Part shown: piece by piece, positions 36,298-48,050 of the stretch | Numbering within the stretch: position 1 is the first letter of the stretch | Layout of the letters: every line of letters begins with the position of its first letter | Assembly (NCBI GenBank): GCA_950097015.1 | Contig: CATNEN010000038.1 | Location: 27,962,001 to 28,026,000, forward strand | Length of the DNA: 64,000 bases | Direction of reading: 5' to 3' | From: Macrostomum hystrix | Lineage: Eukaryota; Animalia; Platyhelminthes | Notes under the pieces: generated by a model | What the model was told of the DNA's origin: nothing | Seen by the model: the letters and a program-made list of their open reading frames with translations, nothing else | Databases searched by the model: none | Position numbers and translations under genes: made by a program

Positions 36298-36972
36298 ATG
36301 TGTGTCGACTCATTGCGTCAAGTCGTGATTTCGGCAGCGCTTTTGAGCTGCTGTTGCTGCAGCCAAGGCCAACCGGTCCGTTCTCCTAGGAGCTACTGTC
36401 CAACGAACACATATTTGAACAAAATGACGAATTTCTGCGAGAACTGCCCTCGGGATTGCACAAACTCAGAGCAGCATGACAGCAGCAGCAGAAGCAGAAG
36501 CAGCATCCAATACTGGTCAATGAAGTGTCAAAGGTTGTGGCAGTTCAATTACTGCCTGCCAACGACAGAAACAACGCCAACTTTAGCACACAGCACCTAT
36601 CAATTAGTTCCAGAGAGTGTCGAGTCGGCGACAGTGCCATCAGATGCTGAAAGGGCGGAGGCTTCCCTGACCTCCGTGATACTCAGTACACCATTGCTGG
36701 CTGCTGTGTTGGGCGTAGCCGGGACAATTCTGGTGGGCGGATTAATCGTTCTCATCCTGGTCATCGCTCGCCACGTTAACAAACAGAAATTAGCCGGAAG
36801 AAACTCTTCGGTCGCCAAGAAACAGTTTCACTCATTGCTGAAGATACCTTCCGATGGGAATTCATTGGATAAGGATCCGACACGAGAGCAAAAATCTGAT
36901 TATTTCAGTTCATTGGAAAGGATCTTCGCCAATGCATCGGCGCCTATATTTATTGAGAAATCTGGATTCTGA
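36298..36972 (+). CDS. Single-CRD type I membrane protein, TNF-receptor-like (paralogue 1)
   Basis: Signal peptide, CPTNTYLNKMTNFCENCPRDC...C...C, Ser/Thr stalk, hydrophobic TM segment, basic stop-transfer, cytoplasmic tail. Confidence 0.78.
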   Translation: MCVDSLRQVVISAALLSCCCCSQGQPVRSPRSYCPTNTYLNKMTNFCENCPRDCTNSEQHDSSSRSRSSIQYWSMKCQRLWQFNYCLPTTETTPTLAHSTYQLVPESVESATVPSDAERAEASLTSVILSTPLLAAVLGVAGTILVGGLIVLILVIARHVNKQKLAGRNSSVAKKQFHSLLKIPSDGNSLDKDPTREQKSDYFSSLERIFANASAPIFIEKSGF

Positions 36973-37203
36973 CAGTTGTCTTACTCAGCGAGAATAACTT
37001 GCTTTTATATAAAATTTCAGTTGCAGAATCGTGATAATTGCACATTTGTAGATGCATGTAAAGTTTGTTTGTTCAGTGTTCACTTCTTATTTTATTATAT
37101 TGAATCCATATTCTACATTCATTTAGCTGGCGTTTGGTAAAATGATTTAGCTCGTACAATCTGATAAATAATATGACATCGCCTTTTGCGGTTTTTATTA
37201 TCG

Positions 37204-38165
37204 AACTGATGGGGATCATTTTCTAACTGATGGGATAAGTTTCCAACTGATGGGATAAGTTTCCAACTGATGGGATAAGTTTCCAACTGATGGGATCATT
37301 TTCTAACTGATGGGATAAGTTTCCAACTGATGGGGTCATTTTCTAACTGATGGGATAAGTTTCCAACTGATGGGATAAGTTTCCAACTGATGGGATAAGT
37401 TTCCAACTGATGGGGATAATTTTATTGCTGATGGGGATCATTTTCTAACTGATGGGATAAGTTTCCAACTGATGGGATCATTTTCTAACTGATGGGATAA
37501 GTTTCCAACTGATGGGATCATTTTCTAACTGATGGGATCATTTTCTAACTGATGGTATCATTTTCTAACTGATGGGATCATTTTCTAACTGATGGGATCA
37601 TTTTCTAACTGATGGGATCATTTTCTAACTGATGGTATCATTTTCTAACTGGTGGGATCATTTTCTAACTGATGGGATAAGTTTCCAACTGATGGGATCA
37701 TTTTCTAACTGATGGGATAAGTTTCCAACTGATGGGATCATTTTCTAACTGAGGGGATAAGTTTCCAACTGATGGGATCATTTTCTAACTGATGGGATAA
37801 GTTTCCAACTGATGGGATCACTTTATAACTGATTGGGATAATTTTATTGCTGATGGGGATCATTTTCTAACTGATGGGATAAGTTTCCAACTGATGGGAT
37901 CATTTTCTAACTGGTGGGATAAGTTTCCAACTGATGGGATCACTTTATAACTGATGGGGATAATTTTATTGCTGATGGGGATCATTTTCCAACTGATGGG
38001 ATAAGTTTCCAACTGATGGGATCATTTTCTAACTGGTGGGATAAGTTTCCAACTGATGGGATCATTTTCTAACTGATGGGATAAGTTTCCAACTGATGGG
38101 ATCACTTTATAACTGATGGGGGATAATTTTATTGCTGATGGGGATCATTTTCTAACTGATGAGGA
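37204..38165. repeat. 20-bp minisatellite (AACTGATGGGATAAGTTTCC / AACTGATGGGATCATTTTCT)n
   Basis: Units read directly. Confidence 0.96.
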
Positions 38166-38501
38166 TAACTTTCTTACCGATAGGGGCTTATAAAAAGTAT
38201 ACGCGTATTTCTTCGAGAACTGGCTAGCTGCTTTTTAGAGTTCCAGCTTTCAGAAGCAAATCGTTTTCTCAAAAGCAGCACCAATATTGTACGTAGGTTC
38301 GAAATTCTCTAAAGGTTTCTACGGAGGTGTGCAGCGCGATCTGAAAGTGATTTTGAAGAAACATAATCTCATGTATATTTGACATACGGCTCGTACGATA
38401 CACAGAATCCAGTCAACTGGGTGTAATGATATGCCTATGTTTACAATTTCGATAAAAATTCACATTTTCGCTTTAACATGGCAGCCATAGTACAAGAATC
38501 A

Positions 38502-39332
38502 CTAAGCAGGAATAGATGGACTTTCGTTGTCATCGATATCACCAGCTTCTGCACTCGCACCAGAAGGAAAAGTCTCATGCGCACCATTTGTTAATGGCTC
38601 TGGGAGCTCGAGTGCTTGGGGTTTATCGGTTTTTTCTGGCCCATATTGTACAGTGGTTTCCGACCCTGCAGTCGCGGCTTCCGGTACAGTTGTGGTTTCC
38701 GACCCTGCAGTCGCGGCTTCCGGTACAGTTGTGGTTTCCGACCCTGCAGTCGCGGCTTCCGGTACAGTTGTGGTTTCCGACCCTGCAGTCGCGGCTTCCG
38801 GTACTGTCGTGGTTCCCGACCTAGTTGCGACTAAACCATTAGATTTTTCTTGAGTCAGCAGTTGCTCAAAAGACTTTGGGTCTGACTTCTGGCATTCCTT
38901 AGGCATTCCATCGGTTCGGTTTCTTAGTAGAAGCTTCGAGAAGCATCGAAATCTGTAGTAAGCCACTAAGAAGACAAAACAGAAGACGATGGCACAGGTT
39001 ATAACAATTAAAACAACGATGCCTGAAGAGATACTAGAATCATTCTGAGTAGCCGCTGAAGTTGCATCTGAGTTTGTCGAAGGCGCATCTGTTGGAGGGA
39101 CAGTCAGCTGCAGACATTCTTGAGCCAGGCTTCGACAGACGGACTCAAGCTGACCCGAGAGACATTCCGCTGGGCAAAGGTCGCACATCAGGCTCAGACT
39201 ATTAAAGTAGTGACCGGACGGACAATGAGACACTGTTGGCAGTGCCTCTGAGAGACCTGCCGAACAGACGATTATTAGCAGCAGAGTTGATGCCGAAACT
39301 GCAGACAATTTGATTGCGAAGGAACAAACCAT
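38502..39332 (-). CDS. Single-CRD TNF-receptor-like protein (paralogue 2) with a 4x13-aa cytoplasmic repeat
   Basis: Signal peptide, CPSGHYFNSLSLMCDLCPAEC...CRSLAQEC, TM segment, (TTTVPEAATAGSE)4. Confidence 0.8.
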   Translation of the reverse strand: MVCSFAIKLSAVSASTLLLIIVCSAGLSEALPTVSHCPSGHYFNSLSLMCDLCPAECLSGQLESVCRSLAQECLQLTVPPTDAPSTNSDATSAATQNDSSISSGIVVLIVITCAIVFCFVFLVAYYRFRCFSKLLLRNRTDGMPKECQKSDPKSFEQLLTQEKSNGLVATRSGTTTVPEAATAGSETTTVPEAATAGSETTTVPEAATAGSETTTVPEAATAGSETTVQYGPEKTDKPQALELPEPLTNGAHETFPSGASAEAGDIDDNESPSIPA

Positions 39333-40046
39333 GATGCTGTTTTATTTAGCGCTTTTCTGAAGGTCAGAAAGTAATGTCAGATAAATTATGATAATATGCT
39401 ATGCATTTAGGTGTGTTTCATCAACTGTACTAAAAATGAAACCTTATATATATATATATATGTCCATTCGTCACGAGAAAAAACTATTTGTAGACGTCTA
39501 ACTGTACTGTAAACTGCTAAATGTACGTATCTTTGAGGTGTACGTATCACTTCTGAGAGTGTGCTTTGAATATCAAGTGAACAATGGGAAGCAGTTATAT
39601 TTAGAAAGGGAACTTTCATGTAAATACATTAAAATACCTGAGTACAACTTTGTACTATACTACTGGGTACTACCTCGTCATCGTCATGGATCACAAATTT
39701 AGTGATGATTTCATCTTTTCAAATAGCTATTCTCTGACTAAATGTCACATGTTTTTAATATGTTTACTATATATATCCAAAACATTCAACTGAAAAGAGG
39801 TAGAGAAAATAATGAAGTTAAGCCAAAAAATATGTTTCTTTTGTTACAGAAAGCCAGGAAAAACTTTGTTGTCTAGTATATAATGGTACACGCAAAGGCC
39901 AACTGAAGTAAATTACATGTAGGACTTCAGTTCTGATTAGTAAGCAAAAAATTCAAGCAAATTAAGTTATTAAAGGTAAAACTAAAAAAGTGCAAGACGA
40001 GAAATGGTTTTTTTCATCGCAAACAAAAAATTCAATGTTTTCATAA

Positions 40047-40697
40047 TTAAACGTCAGATTGTTCTGGAATTTTAGGTACAGAAGTAACTTTTTTGTTTTC
40101 GTCATTTTGAAAATTTTCTTGCGAAGCTTCACGTACACCAGCGCCATTCGCAGCAGCTGCACTCGAGTCTCCATGAACCAGTTGAACAATTTCAGGGGAG
40201 CCTTCTTCGGGATGACTTTCTCTTCTCCGACGACAAAAGGCAAAAATTTTCGTCCGCTTCTTAACCAGCATGGCGATAACGGAAGCTAAAAGCACAAAGG
40301 CTAAAATCGCCGAAGTAACAATCGCCACGGCTACACCGTGACCGTAACTACTGTCAGCGCCACCACCAATGCCACCGTTTGCTCTTGGACGCTGTGAGCT
40401 CCGTTCTCCATCTTGTCGACTGGAGGTGTGAGCCGAAGAAGAAGATAATGTCGATGATGCTTGCGTGGTCGTCGCGACGAAGCACTCGGAGGCCAGCTGG
40501 CGACATCTCTCCCGCATGAAGTCGGACAGGTCAGTCGGAGGCGGGTTTGTCATGCAAGGAGTCGGGCAGGCGTCGCACAGCCTGCTCAACGTGTTGAAGT
40601 AGTGTCCACTTTCGCATAGCGAGCCGTACGCGTAGCTTAGCAGGACAAAAACGAGACTGAAGATTAGTTCTAACGTAAAAGTTTTTGCCTGTCTCAT
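40047..40697 (-). CDS. Single-CRD TNF-receptor-like protein (paralogue 3)
   Basis: Signal peptide, CESGHYFNTLSRLCDACPTPC...CRQLASEC, TM segment followed by KKRTK. Confidence 0.8.
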   Translation of the reverse strand: MRQAKTFTLELIFSLVFVLLSYAYGSLCESGHYFNTLSRLCDACPTPCMTNPPPTDLSDFMRERCRQLASECFVATTTQASSTLSSSSAHTSSRQDGERSSQRPRANGGIGGGADSSYGHGVAVAIVTSAILAFVLLASVIAMLVKKRTKIFAFCRRRRESHPEEGSPEIVQLVHGDSSAAAANGAGVREASQENFQNDENKKVTSVPKIPEQSDV

Positions 40698-40986
40698 AGC
40701 TGTAGAAAATTAAGCTTTTTCTGAAAAAAACTCAAACCTTAGCTAAAGCAGCCGAGCACTAGAATTCATACCGGTAAGAGACGAAAACAGAGTTTAAAAA
40801 AACAACACTCATGACCAGCCTATAAAGTGTGGAATGTGTGAGGCGGGCTAATTCCTGTACATAGATAGCGTGAGTGGGAGAGTAAGTGTCTATATTGTTC
40901 GCAGATTAAAGTACAGCGATAAAACGTACACGATACATCGAATCGCTTTTGTTTGTTGCTTAAAGAGTCTTTTAAGCCTAGCGCAC

Positions 40987-43012
40987 TGATTCTCAGTGTG
41001 GTTCTAGCTTGATTCTCAGTGTGGTTCTAACTTGATTCTCGGTGTGGTTCTAGCTTGATTCTCAGTGTGGTTCTAGCTTGATTCTCAGTGTGGTTCTAGC
41101 TTGATTCTCAGTGTGGTTCTAGCTTGATTCTCAGTGTGGTTCTAGCTTGATTCTCAGTGTGGTTCTAGCTTGATACTCAGTGTTGTTCTAGCTAGACTTT
41201 CAGTGTTGTTTTAGCTTGATTCTCGGTGTGGTTCTAGCTTGATTCTCGGTGTGGTTCTAGCTTGATTCTCGGTGTGGTTCTAGCTTGATTCTCAGTGTGG
41301 TTCTAGCTTGATTCTCAGTGTGGTTCTAGCTTGATTCTCAGTGGGGTTCTAGCTTGATTCTCGGTGTGGTTCTAGCTTGATTCTCGGTGTGGTTCTAGCT
41401 TGATTCTCGGTGTGGTTCTATAGCTTGATTCTTGACGTGGTTCTAGCTTGATTCTCGGTGTTGTTCTAAGCTTGATTCTCGGTGTGGTTCTAGCTTGATT
41501 TTCAATGTGGTTCTAGCTTGATTCTCAGTGTTGTTCTAGCATGATTCTCTGTGTTGTTCTAGCTTGACTTTCAGTGTTGTTTTAGCTTGATTCTCGGTGT
41601 GGTTCTAGCTTGATTCTCGGTGTGGTTCTAGCTTGATTCTCGGTGTGGTTCTAGCTTGATTCTCGGTGTGGTTCTAGCTTGATTCTCGGTGTGGTTCTAG
41701 CTTGATTCTCAGTGTGCTTCTAGCTTGATTCTCGGTGTGGTTCTAGCTTAATTCTCGGTGTGGTTCTAGCTTGATTCTCAGTGTGCTTCTAGCTTGATTC
41801 TCGGTGTGGTTCTAGCTTGATCCTCTGTGTCGTTCTAGCTTGATTCTCAGTGTGGTTCTAGCTTGATTCTCAGTGTGCTTCTAGCTTGATTCTCGGTGTG
41901 GTTCTAGCTTGATTGTCAGTGTTGTTCTAGCTTGATTCTCGGTGTGGTTCTAGCTTGATTGTCAGTGTCGTTCTAGCTTGATAATCAGTGTTGTTCTAGT
42001 TTGACTCTCAGTGTTGTTTTAGCTTGATTCTCGGTGTGGTTCTAGCTTGATTCCTGACGTGGTTTTAGCTTGATTCTCGGTGTGGTTCTAGCTTGATTCT
42101 CGGTATGGTTCTAGCTTGATTCTCAGTGTGGTTCTAGCTTGCTTCTTGGCGTGGTTCTAGCTTGATTTTTGACGTGGTTCTAGCTTGATTCTTGGCGTGG
42201 TTCTAGCTTGATTCTTGGCGTGGTTCTAGCTTGATTCTCGGTGTGGTTCTAGCTTGATACTCAGTGTCGTTCTAGCTTGATAATCAGTGTTGTTCTAGCT
42301 TGACTTTCAGTGTTGTTTTAGCTTGATTCTCGGTGTGGTTCTAGCTTGATTCTCGGTGTGGTTCTAGCTTGATTCTCGGTGTGGCTCTAGCTTGATTCTC
42401 GGTGTGGTTCTATAGCTTGATTCTTGACGTGGTTCTAGCTTGCTTCTCGGTGTGGTTCTAGCTTGATTCTTGACGTGGTTCTAGCTTGATTCTCGGTGTG
42501 GTTCTAGCTTGATTCTCGGTGTGGTTCTATAGCTTGATTCTTGACGTGGTTCTAGCTTGATTCTCGGTGTGGTTCTAGCTTGATTCTTGACGTGGTTCTA
42601 GCTTGATTCTCGGTGTGGTTCTAGCTTGATTCTCGGTGTGGTTCTAGCTTGATTCTCGGTGTGGCTCTAGCTTGATTCTCGGTGTGGTTCTATAGCTTGA
42701 TTCTTGACGTGGTTCTAGCTTGCTTCTCGGTGTGGTTCTAGCTTGATTCTTGACGTGGTTCTAGCTTGATTCTCGGTGTGGTTCTAGCTTGATTCTCGGT
42801 GTGGTTCTATAGCTTGATTCTTGACGTGGTTCTAGCTTGATTCTCGGTGTGGTTCTAGCTTGATTCTTGACGTGGTTCTTGCTTGATTCTCGGTGTGGTT
42901 CTATAGCTTGATTCTTGACGTGGTTCTAGCTTGATTCTCGGTGTGGTTCTAGCTTGATTCTTGACGTGGTTCTAGCTTGATTCTCGGTGTTGTTCTAAGC
43001 TTGATTATCGGT
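40987..43012. repeat. 23-bp minisatellite (TAGCTTGATTCTCGGTGTGGTTC)n
   Basis: Unit read directly; also at 48051-48933 and 53729-53812. Confidence 0.96.
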
Positions 43013-43378
43013 GTTATCTTTGAAATGTTAGGACTCGACAATGTAAAACTAATTTGTCGAGAACAATTAGTTTTTAAATGTTGATCAACGCGAAGGAAGG
43101 CTGGGCTGAATTGAAATGTTTATTAGAATCTTTTTTTGCTTTTCTGCACAAAAACAGTAGCGTAGGCAATTGGGTCTGCTATCAAACGAAGGTAGACGAA
43201 CTATTTCAACTAAGTCAAATGGTTAGATACGAGCATTAATGTTAGTTAAAGTCAGGCTTAGTTTCTAAAAAAAAATTATCGTCCTACTGCCTTGTACTAA
43301 CAAAGTAATAAGTTTTGTTCGCAAAGTGTTAATGAGTATTCTTCTCTCTCGAAACTGATGCGCTGATTTTGAAACCAG

Positions 43379-44683
43379 CTAATGTGCAACAGCGAGCTCA
43401 GCGTCCACCGAAGCGGCTACAAGATCCTGCAGCTGCCGGCAGCAGTCCCACATGTGGCTAACAAACTCCGGCTCGGTTAGAACCTCGCGATGCAACGGAC
43501 AGTCTAGATGGGCTGTGACTCGGAGCTCCACACCGGGCTGCGGAATGAGCTGTCCCTCAAGCGCATTGGTGAGCTTGTAAAATTTGATCTGCCTGAGAAG
43601 CACCAGGAAGGGCCATCGATTGTGACGTAGCACAAACGTTCTGTTCAGCTGCTCGCGGATGTACTCCAGCTTCTCGCCCAGGTGAGGATACCTGACACGG
43701 TAGGAGTGGTTCGGCGTTTCCCACAGCGCCGGAGCCCCGGCGGCAGAGGTTTCCAGGGGCGGCAATTCGCCGACCCTCTCAAACAGCTCCTGTAGCTCCG
43801 TCTCCAGAAAGCCTTCCTCGAGTAGGGTCTCGGCGACCTTGTCTGTTTCGTTGTTGACGAAAGAGGTGTCGAACTGCAGCCTGAAGTCGGCAACCTCGCG
43901 GAACGAGCCCTGGTAGTTGCTCCCTTTGGCAGTTACGATGTTCAGATTCCACTTGCTCTTATACAGCGTAATGGTCTTCATTTTCATATCCTCGAGGTTG
44001 TACATGAGCTCGAACTTTTTCAGCTGGCCGTTGAGCGAAGTGGTGAAAATCTGTCTCTCGTCACTACTGGCGACTTCTTCAAAGCCGCGCATGGCGAGAA
44101 AGTTCTCAATGGTGGCGTGATTCTCAATGGACTTCTCCGTCTCGAACGTCGACTTGATTCGCCTCACGTCTTCGTCATCGTTAAAGAATCTTTTTAGCAG
44201 CGCAGAACCCCGTTGAACGGTGCGATCTTCGAGCAATAAGCTGAAGTCTCCAAGGCGAGGTCCGGGCCGACTGTCGAAATGGAAGCTTCTGTGAACCAGG
44301 TACAGATCGCCTACCCTCATGTGCACCTTCAGGTGACAGGCTTCACTCCTCAGCTCCTCGCACTCAGCCACGGAAGCTGCGATCGACTGCATTTTTTCGC
44401 GAAATTTTTCGCAGATCTCTTCGTCAGTTGTGGCTTGAAACAGTGGCACCCTGATCCAGCCATTGTTAAACGATTCTCTAGCATAGTCGTTCAGGAAGCC
44501 CTTGTACTGTGAGAACACAAGCTGCGAACCATCAGAGCCGCACAGTAGGGTCCAAAAATTCCACGACTGGTCCCTGCCACCTCGACCGCGTCCTCTGCCA
44601 CCCCTGCCGCGTTCGCCTCCACGTCCTCTATTGTCTCCGCGTCCTCTGCCTCGCTCCCATCGGTTGTTAAAGTTGTTAGCCAT
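43379..44683 (-). CDS. Unknown family subfamily B copy 1 (RGG N-terminus + putative CYTH/TTM-like domain), 434 aa
   Basis: Intact intronless ORF; shares LLCGS, IRVPLF, VHxRxGDL, RPGPRL, MRGFE, VTAKGS, ADFRLQFDTSF, PEFVSH with subfamily A. Confidence 0.87.
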   Translation of the reverse strand: MANNFNNRWERGRGRGDNRGRGGERGRGGRGRGRGGRDQSWNFWTLLCGSDGSQLVFSQYKGFLNDYARESFNNGWIRVPLFQATTDEEICEKFREKMQSIAASVAECEELRSEACHLKVHMRVGDLYLVHRSFHFDSRPGPRLGDFSLLLEDRTVQRGSALLKRFFNDDEDVRRIKSTFETEKSIENHATIENFLAMRGFEEVASSDERQIFTTSLNGQLKKFELMYNLEDMKMKTITLYKSKWNLNIVTAKGSNYQGSFREVADFRLQFDTSFVNNETDKVAETLLEEGFLETELQELFERVGELPPLETSAAGAPALWETPNHSYRVRYPHLGEKLEYIREQLNRTFVLRHNRWPFLVLLRQIKFYKLTNALEGQLIPQPGVELRVTAHLDCPLHREVLTEPEFVSHMWDCCRQLQDLVAASVDAELAVAH

Positions 44684-45440
44684 TAGTTAATTAAAGAACT
44701 CAACTATTGTATCGTTGTATCGTTAGGTACCTATTAGCACTGGCAGCTAGTGGCCTTGCTTTCGGTTTTGTAGCTTCTACTTGGTCTGACTACCTTGTTT
44801 TTTATATCTAAAAAATATGAGATTGTCCTTAGCAATTTCTTGGAAATCTTATTTGGACTCGAAGCCTAGTCTAAAGTCTATCCTGATGGTAGAGAGTGGT
44901 GATAATAAATGTACACGAGAGAGAGAGAATGAGAGAGAAGAGAATGTACATCAGCCCCACCCCTCTACCCCAACAGCGGAGACAGTGTACAGTTTGTTCA
45001 TTTGTGTAGCGCACCAGAATCCAAGCTTACTATACCACTGCTATATACAATACTATACTATACTATACTATACTTACTGTACTCGTAGAAACAGCGAAAG
45101 CGAAAATTTATAATAGTTTCAAAAATCTCTGCATTCATGTGTTTATTTGCTCAGTTCATCCATGCTAGATCTGAGTGTGCTTCTGTATACATGTACAAAT
45201 TTGTATTCAAATGTATCCGTACAGGTAGCAGAACACACTAATTTATTTCAGCAACTATATCGATTGTTGAATCAATAGACTGAGATTGACAAGGTTGAGG
45301 GATACGAGACATTGGCATGAGTGGCATTGATTTCGGGGGGGGGGAGATTGACTCAGTTGAGATCGACACGGGGTGAACTTGAAAGTAAAACGAGTGAAAT
45401 GCCACAGGTAGGATTTATGCAGGTGAGAATGACGGATAAG

Positions 45441-46090
45441 ATTGACTCAGATGAGATTTATACAGTTAAGATTGACTCGAATGAGATTGACACGGATGAG
45501 ATTGACACGGATGAGATTGATTCGGGTGAGATTGACTCGAATGAGATTGACTCGGATGAGATTGACTAGGATGAGATTGACTAGGATGAGATTGAGTCGG
45601 ATGAGATTGACTCGGATGAGATTGACTCGGATGAGATTGACTCGGATGAGATTGACTCGGATGAGATTGACACGGATGGGATTGACTCGGATGAGATTGA
45701 CACAGGTGAGGTTGACGCAAATGAGATTGACACGGATGGGATTGACTCGGATGAGATAGACTCGGATGAGATTGACTCGGATGGGATTGACTCGGATGAG
45801 ATTGACTCGGATGAGATTGACACGGATGGGATTGACTCGGATGAGATTGACTCGGATGAGATTGACTCGGATGAGATTGACTCGGATGAGATTGACTCGG
45901 ATGAGATTGACACGGATGGGATTGACTCGGAGGAGATTTACACAGGTGAGGTTGACGCAAATGAGATTGACACGGATGGGATTGACTCGGATGAGATAGA
46001 CTCGGATGAGATTGACTCGGATGGGATTGACTCGGATGAGATTGACTCGGATGAGATTGACACGGATGGGATTGACTCGGATGATATTGA
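45441..46090. repeat. 15-bp minisatellite (GAGATTGACTCGGAT)n
   Basis: Unit read directly; second copy 56771-57570. Confidence 0.96.
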
Positions 46091-46404
46091 CAAAGGTGAC
46101 AAAGAGCAATTTAATTAGTGCTGTACAATCCGAATCTTTGTGCGGTCGAATATTTATTGTCTGTCAGCTGTATATTTGGCTAATAGTCATTGTCGGTACA
46201 CTATTTTGATTATAATGTATTTACGATTATAAAAAATATAGAATTAAAATTGACTTTTCATATGGTCGATATCTTTCTGAGTTTTTTTGAGTGCGCAAAT
46301 GACGATAGATTTATTACGAGCAAACTACTTAGCAGCCAAGGTCAAATAAGTAGTATAGTTGGAACGCGACAGTTCAAGCGAAAAGCAAAGAAAAGAAAAA
46401 CGCA

Positions 46405-46655
46405 ATATTCTATTCTATACTACTCTATTCTATTCTATTCTATTCTATTCTATTCTATTCTGTTCTATACTATACTATTCTATTCTATTCTATACTATTC
46501 TATTCTATTCTATTCTATTCTATTATATTCTATTCTATTCTATTCTATTCTCTTATACTCTATTCTATTATATTCTATTCTATTCTATTCTATTCTATTC
46601 TATTCTATTCTATTCTATACTACTCAATTATATTCTATTCTATTCTATTCTATTC
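46405..46655. repeat. (TATTC)n microsatellite
   Basis: Read directly. Confidence 0.96.
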
Positions 46656-46664
46656 CACTCTCAC

Positions 46665-46905
46665 CGCCGATCCGAGTTGTCCAGTCCGCAGTGCAGCACA
46701 GACGCCAGTGAAAAGTGCTGCCTGAAGAATTGTCTGCGCTGCTGATCAGTTAGTGTGATACCATCTGGTCCAATTCTGAGCTGGCAGTTGGACACAGCCG
46801 GGGTTGTCTGATTGGCTCCTAGCAGCGAGCTGACAGCTCGGGTGACTGCCTCACTGCCAGTGAGCGACTCGACACCGATTGTACCAAAGTAGGCAACCGG
46901 AAAAG
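46665..46905 (-). pseudogene. Orphan duplicate of the tensin PTB exon
   Basis: Near-identical to 59383-59623 with splice sites kept; neighbouring exons are absent from this copy. Confidence 0.85.
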
Positions 46906-47059
46906 CTGGCAAAGTGCAATTAGAGGAATATTCTTTCTTGATGAAAAAATATCCTTTTAAAAAGCTAAATATGTTTAGAAACCTTAACCAACGATTTGAG
47001 GAAATTGCATGTACAATTATAGAAAAATAAGCAATTCTAAGAAATATAAAATTTTCTTG

Positions 47060-48050
47060 GAAATTCTTGGAATATGCGTCTAAGATTCTTGGAAAACGCG
47101 TCTAAGATTCTTGGAAAAGCTTCAAAGATTCTTGGAAAAGCGGCTAAGATTCCTGGAAAACGCGTCTAAGATTCATGGAAAACGCGTCTCAGATTCTTGT
47201 AAAAGCGGCTAAGATTCTTGTAAAAGGCGTCTAAGATTCTTGGAAAAGGCGTCTAAGATTCTTGGAAAACGCGTCTAAGATTCTTGTAAAAGGCGTCTAA
47301 GATTCTTGGAAAACGCGTCTAAGATTCTTGTAAAAGGCGTCTAAGATTCTTAGAAAACGCGTCTAAGATTCTTGGAAAAGCTTCAAAGATTCTTCGAAAA
47401 GCGTCTAAGACTCTTTAAAAACCCGTCTAAGATTCTTGTAAAAGCGTCTAAGATTTATGGAAAACGCGTCTCAGATTCTTGTAAAAGCGTCTCAGATTCT
47501 TGGAAAAGCGTCTAAGATTCTTGTAAAAGCGTCTCAGATTCTTGGAAAAGCGTCTAAGATTCTTTGAAAATGCATCTAAGACTCTTTGAAAACGCGTCTA
47601 AGATTCTTGAAAAAGCATCTAAGATTCTTGGAAAAGCTTCAAAGATTCTTGGAAAAACGCGTCTAATATTCTTGGAAAACTCGTCTAAGTCTCTTTGAAA
47701 AAGCGTCTAAGATTCTTATAAAAGCGTCTAAGATTCATGAAAAACGCGTCTCAGATTCTTGGAAAAGCGTCTAAGATTCTTGGAAAAGCGTCTAAGATTC
47801 TTGGAAAAAGCGTCTAAGATTCTTGTTAAAGCGGCTAAGATTATTGTAAAAGCGTCTAAGATTCTTGGAAAAGCGTCTCAGACTCTTTGAAAACGCGTCT
47901 AAGATTCTTGCAAAAGCATCTAGGATTCTTGGAAAACGCGTCTAAGATTCTTGTAAAAGCGTCTAAGATTCTTGTAAAAGCGTCTAAGATTCATGAAAAA
48001 CGCGTCTCAGATTCTTGGAAAAGCGTCTAAGATTCATGAAAAACGCGTCT
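47060..48050. repeat. 21-22-bp minisatellite (AAGATTCTTGGAAAACGCGTCT)n
   Basis: Unit read directly; also 59775-60083. Confidence 0.95.

Noticed and set aside
40987-43012. CRISPR-like appearance of 20-34-bp repeat arrays
   Set aside because: Units are head-to-tail with no unique spacers, there are no cas genes, and the context is eukaryotic.
45321-46745. EIDSD, RMRLT and YSILF repeat ORFs (also 56.7-59.5 kb and 61.5-62.5 kb)
   Set aside because: Translations of 15-, 5- and 17-bp tandem repeats.
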